Assembly: GCA_963663275.1 (NCBI GenBank)
Contig: OY760183.1
Location: 2,336,001 to 2,400,000, forward strand
Reading direction: 5' to 3'
Source: Chloroflexota bacterium
GTDB taxonomy: Bacteria; Chloroflexota; UBA11872; VXOZ01
Length of the DNA: 64,000 nt
Shown here: one piece after another, positions 19,906 to 30,280 of the stretch
How positions within the stretch are numbered: the first letter of the stretch is position 1
Layout: the number at the start of each line of letters is the position of its first letter
Made by a program: the position numbers and the translations under genes
Notes under the pieces: generated by a model
The model's input: only the letters and a program-made list of their open reading frames with translations
Told to the model about the DNA's origin: nothing
Database searches by the model: none

Positions 19906-21057
19906 ATGGCGGTTCACGCCTTTCAAGTGTCTACGGAAGTGCGCAGCGGCCCCGGCGCGGCGGCGGAAGTGGGCCCGGCGCTTTCCGCCCGCCGTCACCG
20001 CAATATCCTGGTTGTCACCGACGAAGGCATCGTGAGCGCAGGCTTGGTTGCTCCGGTAACGCGCTCGCTGCAAGCCGCCGGCGTTGCCGCGACAGTCTTC
20101 AAGGATGTCGAGCCGGATCCGGAAGAGCGCATCGTCGAGGCGGTGGTGGAAGCGTATCGCGGCGGCGGGTGCGACGGCCTGCTGGCCGTGGGCGGCGGCA
20201 GTTCGCTCGACGTGGCCAAAGCCGCGGGCGTGCTCATTTCCAACGGCGGCAACGTGGCGGACTACGATGGCTTCGACGCCTTCGAGAACGACTTGCCGCC
20301 CCTGTACGCCGTGCCGACGACGGTGGGAACGGGGTCTGAGGTCACCTTTGCCGCGGTCATTACCCTGCCCAGCCAGCAATTCAAGATGTCCATCCTCAGC
20401 ACGCGGCTGGCGCCGCGGGTGGCTTTCCTCGACCCGGAGTTGCTGACAACGCTGCCGCCTCACGTGGTAGCGCACACCGGCATGGACGCGCTCACCCACG
20501 CGGTTGAAGGCATGACCTCGCCCCTTTCGACACCGTTCACCAATGCCTTCAATCTTCACGCGATTCGACTCATCAGCGAAAACCTGCGCGCCGCCGTGGG
20601 CAACAGCGGCAATATGGACGCCATCGGTAACATGCAGGCGGCGGCCTGCATCGCCGGGGTTGGCTTCGCGCATTCGCGGCTGGGCATCGTGCACGCCATG
20701 GCCCATCCGGTGGGAGCGTACCATCATCTGCCCCACGGCCTGAGCAACGCGCTGCTGCTGCCCCACGCGCTCGACTTCAATCGCATTGGGTGTGAACCGC
20801 AACTGGCGGTCGTGGCGCGCGAGTTCGACGCGGCCCGCTCCGGCCAGAGCGAGCGAGAGGCGGCGCTGGCCGCGATCGAGGCGATTCGCGCCCTGGAGGC
20901 CGACATCGGCATTCCGGCGTCGATGGGCGCGGCCGGCGTGACCGACGAGCATTTCGACGCCATCGTCCAGGATACGTTCCGCAGCCGCAACGTCGGCATC
21001 AACCCCCGCCGCGTTACGCCGGATGACATCCGGCAGATCCTCTACCGGGCGCTATAG
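19906..21057 (+). CDS. Iron-containing alcohol dehydrogenase
   Basis: AVGGGSSLDVAKA, VPTTVGTGSEVT, GMDALTHAVEG, HAMAH, HGLSNA. Confidence 0.93.
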   Translation: MAVHAFQVSTEVRSGPGAAAEVGPALSARRHRNILVVTDEGIVSAGLVAPVTRSLQAAGVAATVFKDVEPDPEERIVEAVVEAYRGGGCDGLLAVGGGSSLDVAKAAGVLISNGGNVADYDGFDAFENDLPPLYAVPTTVGTGSEVTFAAVITLPSQQFKMSILSTRLAPRVAFLDPELLTTLPPHVVAHTGMDALTHAVEGMTSPLSTPFTNAFNLHAIRLISENLRAAVGNSGNMDAIGNMQAAACIAGVGFAHSRLGIVHAMAHPVGAYHHLPHGLSNALLLPHALDFNRIGCEPQLAVVAREFDAARSGQSEREAALAAIEAIRALEADIGIPASMGAAGVTDEHFDAIVQDTFRSRNVGINPRRVTPDDIRQILYRAL

Positions 21058-21071
21058 GCAAGTACGATGGC

Positions 21072-21149
21072 TCCGGTAGCGTAGGTTTGCAACCTGCGCC
21101 GCGCCGCACAATTCGCAGGCAGCGCAGGTTACAAACCTGCGCTGCCAGA
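21072..21149. repeat. Inverted pair of family-2 REPs (REPIN-like) between convergent genes
   Basis: TCCGGTAGCGTAGGTTTGCAACCTGCGC ... GCGCAGGTTACAAACCTGCGCTGCCAGA. Confidence 0.8.
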
Positions 21150-21241
21150 AGACGCTGAATGCCAACCTTCGCTGCTAGAGGCTATGGACTATGGCACTGT
21201 TTACATAATCTGCGGCAAGGCGCGCCCTGCGCCCCTTCCCG

Positions 21242-22030
21242 TCAGTCCAGCCGCCACTTCAGCGTTCTCACCACAATGGCCAGCGAGCCCAGGCCGAAGA
21301 GCGCCAAAATCGCCAGGTCGGTCAGCAGCGCGACGGTGATGTCGGGCAGCAGGGCGGCGCGAAAGGCCTGCGCCGCGTACGTTGGCGGCAGGATCCTGCC
21401 CGTCCATTGCAAGACGGTTGGCAGTCGATCCAGCGGGATCATCACCGGCGCGAAGAACATGATGAAGAACATCGTGGCCTGCGCCACCAGGCCCGCGACC
21501 CGCCAGTTGGGAATTCCGAGGCCAATCGCCGCGCCCACGCCGGCAAGCGAGATCGCGCTGAGCGGCACGACGGCGAGCATCAGCGGATTGAGCGCCAGGG
21601 AGAAGCCAAAATACCAACTGCCTACCAACAGCGTGATGATCATGCCCGGCACGGCGGCCATGCCGTTGCCGGTGACAACCGCCAGGATGAACGCCGTCTT
21701 GCTGATCGGCAGGGAGGCGTAGTAGAGGATCGCGCCGTTGCGCCGCGATTGCGCCATGTCCTGGGCCACCATCATCACGCCGAGGGTGACCAGCGACATC
21801 ACCGCCGCGCCGGAGACGAAGTAGCGTCCCAATTCGGGATCGCGCGAACCGGATATGAAGGAGAAGGCGAACACCATACCGAGATTGAGCAGCACGGAGA
21901 TGGAGAGAATCATCGTAATCCACTGGCGAAACTCCAGCACGATCACCGCGGATAGGTGCAGGTAGTTCTGCCAGAAGCGCTTGAAGCCTCTCCACGCCAT
22001 GAGCGGACGCGCGACTTCGGTTACGGCCAT
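21242..22030 (-). CDS. ABC-2 type exporter permease
   Basis: About 6 TM segments, ILPPTYA; follows the ATPase. Confidence 0.88.
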   Translation of the reverse strand: MAVTEVARPLMAWRGFKRFWQNYLHLSAVIVLEFRQWITMILSISVLLNLGMVFAFSFISGSRDPELGRYFVSGAAVMSLVTLGVMMVAQDMAQSRRNGAILYYASLPISKTAFILAVVTGNGMAAVPGMIITLLVGSWYFGFSLALNPLMLAVVPLSAISLAGVGAAIGLGIPNWRVAGLVAQATMFFIMFFAPVMIPLDRLPTVLQWTGRILPPTYAAQAFRAALLPDITVALLTDLAILALFGLGSLAIVVRTLKWRLD

Positions 22031-22044
22031 GGAAATCCCTTGCC

Positions 22045-23142
22045 TTATGCGTGCTCGACGGCTACCGGCTCTTCACGCGGCGCGTGCGCGGTAGCTTCGC
22101 GTTCGGATTCATCCAGGGAACGGCCCACGAGTTCTACGTAGACGTCTTCCAAAGAGGCGGTCGCCAGGCGAAAGTCCTCCACCGCGTCCGCGCCAATCTC
22201 GGCCAGCACCCGGTCTATGATGTTGCCGACGCGCTCCTGGGGCACGCGCAGCAACAAATGGCGCGGCCGCGGCTGACGCATCGCGCCCAGCGCGCCCAGT
22301 TGCGTTTCCTGCGCTCGCGTCAGCGCAAACCCTTCCCGCAGCCAGAGTTCCAGGCGGATCGTATCGCCCAGACGACTCTTCATGGCGCCGGGCGTGCCTT
22401 CGGCGAGCACGCGCCCCTCGTCGATCAAGGCAACTCGATCTACGACCCGCTCAGCCTCCAGCACGTTGTGCGTTACCAGGAGGCAGGCGGAACCGTCATG
22501 CACCACCACCCGGCGGATGGCGTCCCAGACCGACCGCCGCCGCAGGGGATCGAGGTCGTTCGTCGGTTCGTCGAGCACCAGCAGCGGCGGACTGCCAAGC
22601 AAGGCCATGATGAAGCCCGTCAACCGCTGCATGCCGCCTGAGAGTTGGTTGATCGGCTTGCGCCGGATCTCATCGACCTGGAACTCGTCAATGTAGGAGT
22701 CGCGCTGGCGCAACGTCTCCTTATGGGAAAGGCCTTTTAAACGGCCCGTGAAGTAGATGGCCTCTTCCGCCAGCAGGTCGCGCATAGCAAACGACGTCTG
22801 CGGCATGTAGCCGATCATGCGTTTGACCCGTTCGGGGTCGCGCTCGGCGTCCACGCCAAAGACGGAAACCCGGCCCGAGGTGGGCCGCACCAAGCCCATC
22901 ACCTGCTGCACGAACGTGCTCTTGCCGGCGCCGTTTGGACCCAACAGGCCATACACCTGGCCGCGCCGCACCGCCACGTTCAGGCGGTCGTTCGCCACCA
23001 CGCCGTTGCGATAGGTCTTCGACAAATCGACCGCCTTTACGGCAAGGCCGCGCGCCGCCGCATCTGGTATTCCGTGGGAGCCGTCCTCGATCACGTGACG
23101 GTCTCTGCTTTCACGGGAGATAATCTTCACTGCTGGATTCAC
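22045..23142 (-). CDS. ABC transporter ATP-binding protein
   Basis: GPNGAGKS, LSGGMQR, LLVLDEPT, VTH. Confidence 0.95.
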   Translation of the reverse strand: MNPAVKIISRESRDRHVIEDGSHGIPDAAARGLAVKAVDLSKTYRNGVVANDRLNVAVRRGQVYGLLGPNGAGKSTFVQQVMGLVRPTSGRVSVFGVDAERDPERVKRMIGYMPQTSFAMRDLLAEEAIYFTGRLKGLSHKETLRQRDSYIDEFQVDEIRRKPINQLSGGMQRLTGFIMALLGSPPLLVLDEPTNDLDPLRRRSVWDAIRRVVVHDGSACLLVTHNVLEAERVVDRVALIDEGRVLAEGTPGAMKSRLGDTIRLELWLREGFALTRAQETQLGALGAMRQPRPRHLLLRVPQERVGNIIDRVLAEIGADAVEDFRLATASLEDVYVELVGRSLDESEREATAHAPREEPVAVEHA

Positions 23143-23199
23143 CTTGCCAAAGACATGAAAACTGGATTGTGCGGTCAGTCACGGCGCGGCTGCGCGGTC

Positions 23200-24420
23200 T
23201 CACCCCACGCGAACCGGATGAGGCAGCGGTTGGTTGAAGAGATACCCTTTCACATTGAAGGGAATCTCATCCGGCTGGGTGTTGCCCGCTGTGTCCGTAG
23301 CCCGGGTCATGAGGGTGTGCTCACCGCTTGGGGCATCCCAGTCGAATTCGAAACGCGCCCACGAATACTGGACCTGCGGCGCGAGCACACTTGCCTGATT
23401 CCAGTGTATGCCGAAATCCGTGCTCCAGTCCACCCGCGCTATCGGGCCGAACGGTGAATGCGCGTAGCCGTGCAGGCGGCGCGGGCCTGGGGACAGCGCG
23501 GCGGGCCACGGCAGCGCCAGCGCGCTCTTGATTGACTGCGTGGTGAGCGGCTTGCCCAGCGCCTGGCCTTCCGGCGGATAGGCGTCGCCGATGAGCACGT
23601 AGGAACTCGTGTTGTTGCGCGTCCAGAATTGCTCGCGGGAGACGACAATGCGGCTCAGCCACTTCACACTGGCGCTGCCCACCCAGCCGGGCACCAGCGC
23701 GCGCAGCGGATAGCCGTGGTCTTGCGGCAGGTCCTCGCCGTTCAGCCCATAGGCCAGGAGCGTATCGGGGTCGAGCGCCTTCGCGATTGGCAAGGCCCGC
23801 CGCCAGCCTCCCTCCGGCGCTTCAGAGTCTTGGCCGACTAACAGCACGCTGGCCGCGTCCGCCGCAATCCCGGCCAACTCGAGCGCATCCCGTAGCGAAA
23901 CGCCGGTCCAGACGCCGTTGCCCACCGCGCCGGTCATCCATTGCGTGCCTTGCGCCGCTTGACCCTTGACCTTATCGAACATGGCGCGCTGGTTGCCGGC
24001 GCACTCCAAATAGGCGACAACGGTGCGGCTGGGCAGGCGGCGGATGTCTGCGTAGGAGAGTTCCCGCGGCGTGATGACGGCGTCGCCTTCGAGCGAGAGC
24101 CGCCACTCATCGACGTTCACCTCGATGCTGGCGGCGTTGTTGCGCACGAAGAAGAGGCGGTTGGGTGTCAGGAAACCCCGCATGTCCTCCAGGCGCGACT
24201 CGAGGCCCTTTGCGCCGTGTTGGATAAAGGGCGCCGGGTCCTTGAAGAAGGCCGCCGGCTCGGACGACCCGCTTGCCGGCGCTTGCGCCTTCGCGCAAGC
24301 CATCAGGACCGCCGCCGCGCCTCCGGTTCCCAGCAGCCGCAAGAGCGCGCGCCGCTCGATGCCGCTGGCTTGCGCGAGCGCGGTAAACCAGGCAGGCGGC
24401 GTGGGGTTGTTGCCCGTCAT
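23200..24420 (-). CDS. Sulfite oxidase family molybdoenzyme, Tat-exported
   Basis: ERRALL, FFVRNN, LECAGN, HGYPLRALVPGWVG, VKWL, RATD..GNTQP. Confidence 0.92.
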   Translation of the reverse strand: MTGNNPTPPAWFTALAQASGIERRALLRLLGTGGAAAVLMACAKAQAPASGSSEPAAFFKDPAPFIQHGAKGLESRLEDMRGFLTPNRLFFVRNNAASIEVNVDEWRLSLEGDAVITPRELSYADIRRLPSRTVVAYLECAGNQRAMFDKVKGQAAQGTQWMTGAVGNGVWTGVSLRDALELAGIAADAASVLLVGQDSEAPEGGWRRALPIAKALDPDTLLAYGLNGEDLPQDHGYPLRALVPGWVGSASVKWLSRIVVSREQFWTRNNTSSYVLIGDAYPPEGQALGKPLTTQSIKSALALPWPAALSPGPRRLHGYAHSPFGPIARVDWSTDFGIHWNQASVLAPQVQYSWARFEFDWDAPSGEHTLMTRATDTAGNTQPDEIPFNVKGYLFNQPLPHPVRVG

Positions 24421-24538
24421 GGAGATTCTCGCTTCAATGGTTGTAGCGGGTTCTTGCTTCTCAACTAACGTAGTCTAACTTCACACATAAGAAAACCCCC
24501 AACCTGTGGGGGCTCTAGGCAAATGCGAGTTGTCAGTC

Positions 24539-25003
24539 TCAGGCGTCCCGCGCCCACCGCGCCAGCGCCTTTTCGGGCGAGGCGAGTTCCTCGATGCGGG
24601 TGTAGTAGTAGTCTTGCCAACTCGCCTCAGGCAGACCGGTGAAGAGCATCAGGTTCAAGGGGTACATGCCGCTGTCGGTCGCGGAGCGCAGGTCGTCGCG
24701 GAAGAGAAACGTGGGCTTGCCCAACGCGATCGCCATGCCCAACTCGACCATCACACCTTCGTCGGGAGGCACGCCATTGACGACCGCGAAGATCCCGTCG
24801 GAGTTCCGCACGTCGCGAAAGTCGGCCTGGCCGATCTCATACGCCCAGCCCGGCGCGGAAAAGTCTACCTGGTTGTTGCGGTCAAAAGGCTCCCACACTT
24901 CCAGGCCAAGCTCTTCCAAAGCAACGACAAGCTGCGGCAGCAACAATGTCTTCTGCTGAACGGAGAAACCGTACGGATTGGCCAGGTAGACGGTCTTTGC
25001 CAA
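24539..25003 (-). CDS. Nucleoside 2-deoxyribosyltransferase family protein
   Basis: VYLANPYGFS, PDEGVMVELGMAIALGKP, NLML. Confidence 0.88.
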   Translation of the reverse strand: MAKTVYLANPYGFSVQQKTLLLPQLVVALEELGLEVWEPFDRNNQVDFSAPGWAYEIGQADFRDVRNSDGIFAVVNGVPPDEGVMVELGMAIALGKPTFLFRDDLRSATDSGMYPLNLMLFTGLPEASWQDYYYTRIEELASPEKALARWARDA

Positions 25004-25038
25004 GTCCGCGCCTCCTCAAGCTGAGAGCGCCAAGTCCC

Positions 25039-25458
25039 CTACGCGGCGTCGCGCCAGAGCCGGAGGCCGGTGGAGTAGAGCAAGAGCGGCAGGGTCACGT
25101 CGATCAGGACCCACAATTGGTTGTCGCTGGTGGCGGGGTCGGCCCACTGGACGCCAAACCAGTTCCACAGCAGCGCCAGGAAGAGCGCGGCCGTGAAATA
25201 GAAGACTACGTTCGCTTCCAGGTACTCCCGGCTGACCGCCGCATTAGGCGCGTCCGCGTCCAAGTTGCGCTTACGCCCATAGGCGACGACGAGCACGATA
25301 GCCAGGCCGATCACTTGCAGCGGATTGAGGATCTGCCAGATGGGAAGAGAGGCGTCCACCCACTCCGGGTCATAGAACCGCGTAATGAGGAAGTGCAGGG
25401 CGATCGCCCCGCCTACGGCGAATACGTAGAGCGACGCCAGGCGCTTGAGCGCTGCCAT
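25039..25458 (-). CDS. Hypothetical membrane protein (~4 TM)
   Basis: Hydrophobic segments; SD GAGGAGG. Confidence 0.72.
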   Translation of the reverse strand: MAALKRLASLYVFAVGGAIALHFLITRFYDPEWVDASLPIWQILNPLQVIGLAIVLVVAYGRKRNLDADAPNAAVSREYLEANVVFYFTAALFLALLWNWFGVQWADPATSDNQLWVLIDVTLPLLLYSTGLRLWRDAA

Positions 25459-25519
25459 GCCGAAACCTCCTCAAAGTATTGAGGCGCAGTCGGGCCGATG
25501 AACAGAGAAACTGGAAATG

Positions 25520-25594
25520 TGGTAGCGGGGGAGGGATTCGAACCCTCGACCTTCAGGTTATGAGCCTGACGAGCTGCCACTGCTCCACCCCGCG
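25520..25594 (-). tRNA. tRNA-fMet (CAT), initiator
   Basis: Cloverleaf CGCGGGG...CTCATAA...TTCGAAT...CCCCGCTACCA; C1 unpaired (C1-U72), A11:U24, encoded CCA. Confidence 0.96.
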
Positions 25595-25599
25595 TCATG

Positions 25600-25932
25600 T
25601 GTTGAGTAGACCGATAAGCCCCATTCTGTCGCGGACAGCCATCTATCTTGGGCAACGGCTTGCGCCGCGCCTCTTTGCGGCCTACCCGGGACTCCGCGAG
25701 CCGCCTCAACGTCCCTGTCTTGGCCTTGCTCCGGGCAGAGGTTACCCTTTTCACTCCGGCCCGGCGCGGCAACCGCCGCAACCTCTGGCCGGCCTTGGTC
25801 TCTGTGGCCCTATTCCGCGCCTCGCGGCGGACGGGTGTTACCCGCTGCCCTGCCCTGTGGAGTGGGGACTTTCCTCACGGCGCGCACACGCTGGGCGTGT
25901 ACACACTGCGCGGCTGTCTAGTCTACTCGACA
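25600..25932 (-). ncRNA. rnpB: RNase P RNA, compact form
   Basis: GAGGAAAGTCC, GCCACAGAGAC, GGAGCAAGGC, AGATAGATG, ACAGAATGGGGCTTA; P1 GAGTAGAC/GTCTACTC. Confidence 0.95.
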
Positions 25933-25938
25933 TTTGTC

Positions 25939-25967
25939 AGTATAGCACGGCATTGGGAAGCGCACAA
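25939..25967 (-). promoter_or_regulatory. Sigma70-type promoter of rnpB-tRNA-fMet
   Basis: TTGTGC, 17 bp, TG-c-TATACT ending about 7 nt before the rnpB 5' end. Confidence 0.7.
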
Positions 25968-26035
25968 CCGCAGCACAGAGAGAGGAGAGTATGGATGTGA
26001 ATCTTTGCCAATTGGGACAGGGCTTTGGATGTGCC

Positions 26036-26734
26036 TTACAAGGAATCTCCCCGCCATTCCGGTCGTTCCTCCACCACGCGCGCCAGCACGGCGCGGGCGT
26101 CTGCAAGGATCGGTTCCCCGTGGGATAGCAAAACCGTGTCGAGCGGCAGCGTTTGGAGCAGGCTTGGCAGGAGCGCGCAGAATTCGCGGCTGCCGAGCCA
26201 GAGTCTGCCGTCGGGCGTGCCCCACAGCGCATCCGCAATCACGAGCGACCGCGCTGAAGAGAGGTAGAAGACGACCTCCGGATGCGGCGACGTGAGAAAG
26301 TAGAAGCGCACATCGCCCGGCAGTGGGTCTTCCGCGCTAAACGTGTGCGTGGGCCGGCAGTTGAGCGAATCCCGCGGCATGGCCTCGTGGACCCGGATGC
26401 TGGCGCCGTACCGGCAAGCGTAGCGATCGAAGACCGCCTGCGCGCTGCGGTCGTGCCAATCGGTGCTGAGGAGCACCGTTACCGGCTGCCGCTTGCGCTC
26501 CACCGCAGCGTCGAGCGCCTGCCAGAATCGCCTGCATTCCGGTGAGGCTGGCGGCGGCGCAAGCGGGTCGATCAGTACAAGCTCTGATGGAGCCTCGTAG
26601 CAAACACAGCCGACCTGCCGCGACCAGCCAAAGCCGGTCTTCTCTTCAGGGTCGTACGGAGACCAGTCCGGATGCGGCGCGGTCCAGCGCCATAGTCCTG
26701 GGATGATGCAATCCATCACGTCGGCAAGGGACAT
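26036..26734 (-). CDS. Hypothetical protein, degenerate MBL-like fold
   Basis: VLIDP, WHDRSA, ADALW, LSHGEP. Confidence 0.65.
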   Translation of the reverse strand: MSLADVMDCIIPGLWRWTAPHPDWSPYDPEEKTGFGWSRQVGCVCYEAPSELVLIDPLAPPPASPECRRFWQALDAAVERKRQPVTVLLSTDWHDRSAQAVFDRYACRYGASIRVHEAMPRDSLNCRPTHTFSAEDPLPGDVRFYFLTSPHPEVVFYLSSARSLVIADALWGTPDGRLWLGSREFCALLPSLLQTLPLDTVLLSHGEPILADARAVLARVVEERPEWRGDSL

Positions 26735-26836
26735 TAGAGTCTTCCCAATACTGCCAGAAGTGGGGCGACCTCATCTGATTGACCGCGTTGGCCGGCGTGC
26801 CGGTCTAGTGCGCCTTGAGTTTCAACGAACCTTTGC

Positions 26837-26894
26837 CGGAAGCACATATGCGTAGGGGCACGACGTGTCGTGCCCCTACGCATATGTGCTTCCG
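26837..26894. repeat. Perfect palindrome (28-bp arms, 2-nt spacer) containing GTAGGGGC REP-like ends (family 3)
   Basis: CGGAAGCACATATGCGTAGGGGCACGAC-GT-GTCGTGCCCCTACGCATATGTGCTTCCG. Confidence 0.9.
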
Positions 26895-26923
26895 CAGCGA
26901 CCAGAGGGTTTAGAGAAAGAGCG

Positions 26924-26950
26924 AACGCCCTGCCGGTGAGGCGGGGCGTT
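26924..26950 (-). terminator. Probable terminator of the 16S transcript
   Basis: Stem AACGCCCTGCC/GGCGGGGCGTT followed on the minus strand by a pyrimidine run. Confidence 0.5.
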
Positions 26951-27063
26951 GGTGAGTAAGGTGGCTAATTAGCAGGAGGAGGGTGATGAAGGGGGGTGTG
27001 GTTAGTAGGAGGTTAGGGAGGTAGTTGTGGGGGTATGGAGAGGTGTTGGGAAAATATCCCTAG

Positions 27064-28596
<1,533 letters not shown>

Positions 28597-28734
28597 AAAA
28601 CATCTCATGCTCAGTTGCTCTGTCTCCACCACTCCCATCCACCCCAAGTCCCCCCGGCTCTCCTCTTCCCTCACCCTTACCTTCATCACTCTTTTCCTGT
28701 TAATGTGCCACCCGCCCAAAGACAGGCAAATTTC

Positions 28735-28764
28735 ATAGTACCACCCACGCTATCTGCTCGTCAA
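28735..28764 (-). promoter_or_regulatory. 16S rRNA promoter
   Basis: TTGACG, 18 bp, TG-g-TACTAT. Confidence 0.75.
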
Positions 28765-28959
28765 GTGCCGCCGGCCTCTTCAACGCTCGCATCGCGAGAC
28801 TTCCTCGACGAGGAGCCGGCGTGGCCCGCAACTGGTTGCGGCACAGGCGCGCTCACCCTGGCTCTCAAGCAAACCTGGAGAGATTACCGTTCACGCAAGG
28901 CGAGCCAGACCGGAAGGCGCCCGCTCTGTGCAAAGCATGACCACGCGCCGCAGTCACCA

Positions 28960-28989
28960 TTGACGAACCGGCGAACGGCTTGCTAGACT
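28960..28989 (+). promoter_or_regulatory. tRNA-His promoter
   Basis: TTGACG, 18 bp, TG-c-TAGACT, 23 nt before the tRNA. Confidence 0.7.
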
Positions 28990-29012
28990 GAGCTAGTAAC
29001 GCTCTCCAACGC

Positions 29013-29090
29013 GGTGGCTGTAGCTCAACAGGTTAGAGCTCTGGACTGTGGCTCCAGCGGTTGGGGGTTCGAGTCCCCTCAGCCACCCCA
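29013..29090 (+). tRNA. tRNA-His (GTG)
   Basis: G-1 plus GTGGCTG/CAGCCAC acceptor, C73, CTGTGGC anticodon loop, encoded CCA. Confidence 0.96.
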
Positions 29091-29133
29091 ATTCCCGCCC
29101 TGTCCCAATCTATTCGGCATGGAGCGTCAGGCA

Positions 29134-30201
29134 ATGGCCAACGCCACGTATGAGACACTCAAGGGCCGTTTGGATCGCGGTGACGTGGTCATCCTGGACG
29201 GCGCAATCGGGACCGAACTCCAGGCGATGGGTGTGCCCATGGACCCGGCTTCGTGGTGCGGCCCCGGCAACTACACCCACCCGGCAACCGTGCGGCAGAT
29301 GCACGAGCGTTACATCCGGGCGGGGGCCGACGTCATAACCACTAATACGTTCAACACGTTGCGCCCCGCGCTGGAGGCGTCCGGCTACGGAGACTTGGTG
29401 AGGGAAGTAAACGTCCGTGCCGTGGATGCGGCGCGGGAGGCCAGGGACCGGGCCGCCGGTGACAAGCACGTGTACATCGCCGGCTCCATCTCGTGCCGCA
29501 CGCCCATTCGCGACCACCGCACCGGGACGCTCTTAGGCGGCACCGGTTTTGGCTATGGCGCCAGTCTCTCGGCGGAGGAGTTGCGATTTCACGCCGGAGA
29601 GCAAGCGGACGTCCTGGCCGAGTCCGGCGTCGACTTCTTCCTGATTGAGAACATGTGGGCCGACAACGAGTCCCGGGCGATTGCCACTGAGGCGGCGCAG
29701 AGCACGGGACTGCCGGTATGGGTGGCGTTTACGGCTTCCCTGGCGCCCGACGGACAGGAAGTCAGGATGTGTTTTGCCGGCGAGCGCACGTACAGCGTCG
29801 GCCTGGGGGTACCGATGGGAACTGAGTCGTGGCGGGCCGTCGATAATGACATGACCTTGGCCGCCGCCGTCAGTGAGATTGCGCGGCTGGAGCCGGACGC
29901 GCTCGGCGTCTTTCACAGCAGGCTGAGCGAGACCACAACGGCGCTTCAGGTCGTCACCGATACATGGAACGGCCCAATTGTCGCCTATCCGGACGCGGGC
30001 AGGCCGGACTACCTCGATACCCAGCGGGACAGCAGCATAGTCAACGAAGATTCCGCCGCGGAATTGACGCGCGAGGCCGTCGCGTGGGTTGGCATGGGCG
30101 CCCAGGTGATCGGCGCGTGCTGCGGCTTCGGTCCCGAATATGTCCAAGCCCTGTCCGGCGCCCTGCCGGGTCGAATCTCATCGCCGCGAGCGGGTTCGTA
30201 G
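29134..30201 (+). CDS. Homocysteine S-methyltransferase family protein
   Basis: ILDGAIGTEL, HERYIRAGADVITTNTF, IAGSIS, IGACCG. Confidence 0.9.
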   Translation: MANATYETLKGRLDRGDVVILDGAIGTELQAMGVPMDPASWCGPGNYTHPATVRQMHERYIRAGADVITTNTFNTLRPALEASGYGDLVREVNVRAVDAAREARDRAAGDKHVYIAGSISCRTPIRDHRTGTLLGGTGFGYGASLSAEELRFHAGEQADVLAESGVDFFLIENMWADNESRAIATEAAQSTGLPVWVAFTASLAPDGQEVRMCFAGERTYSVGLGVPMGTESWRAVDNDMTLAAAVSEIARLEPDALGVFHSRLSETTTALQVVTDTWNGPIVAYPDAGRPDYLDTQRDSSIVNEDSAAELTREAVAWVGMGAQVIGACCGFGPEYVQALSGALPGRISSPRAGS

Positions 30202-30280
30202 GCAAGTCTCCGCCGGATTTTCCCGGACATGCTCAGTCGGTACGCAGGCCAGGCATTCGGACTGGCGGGAGGGCTCTGGC

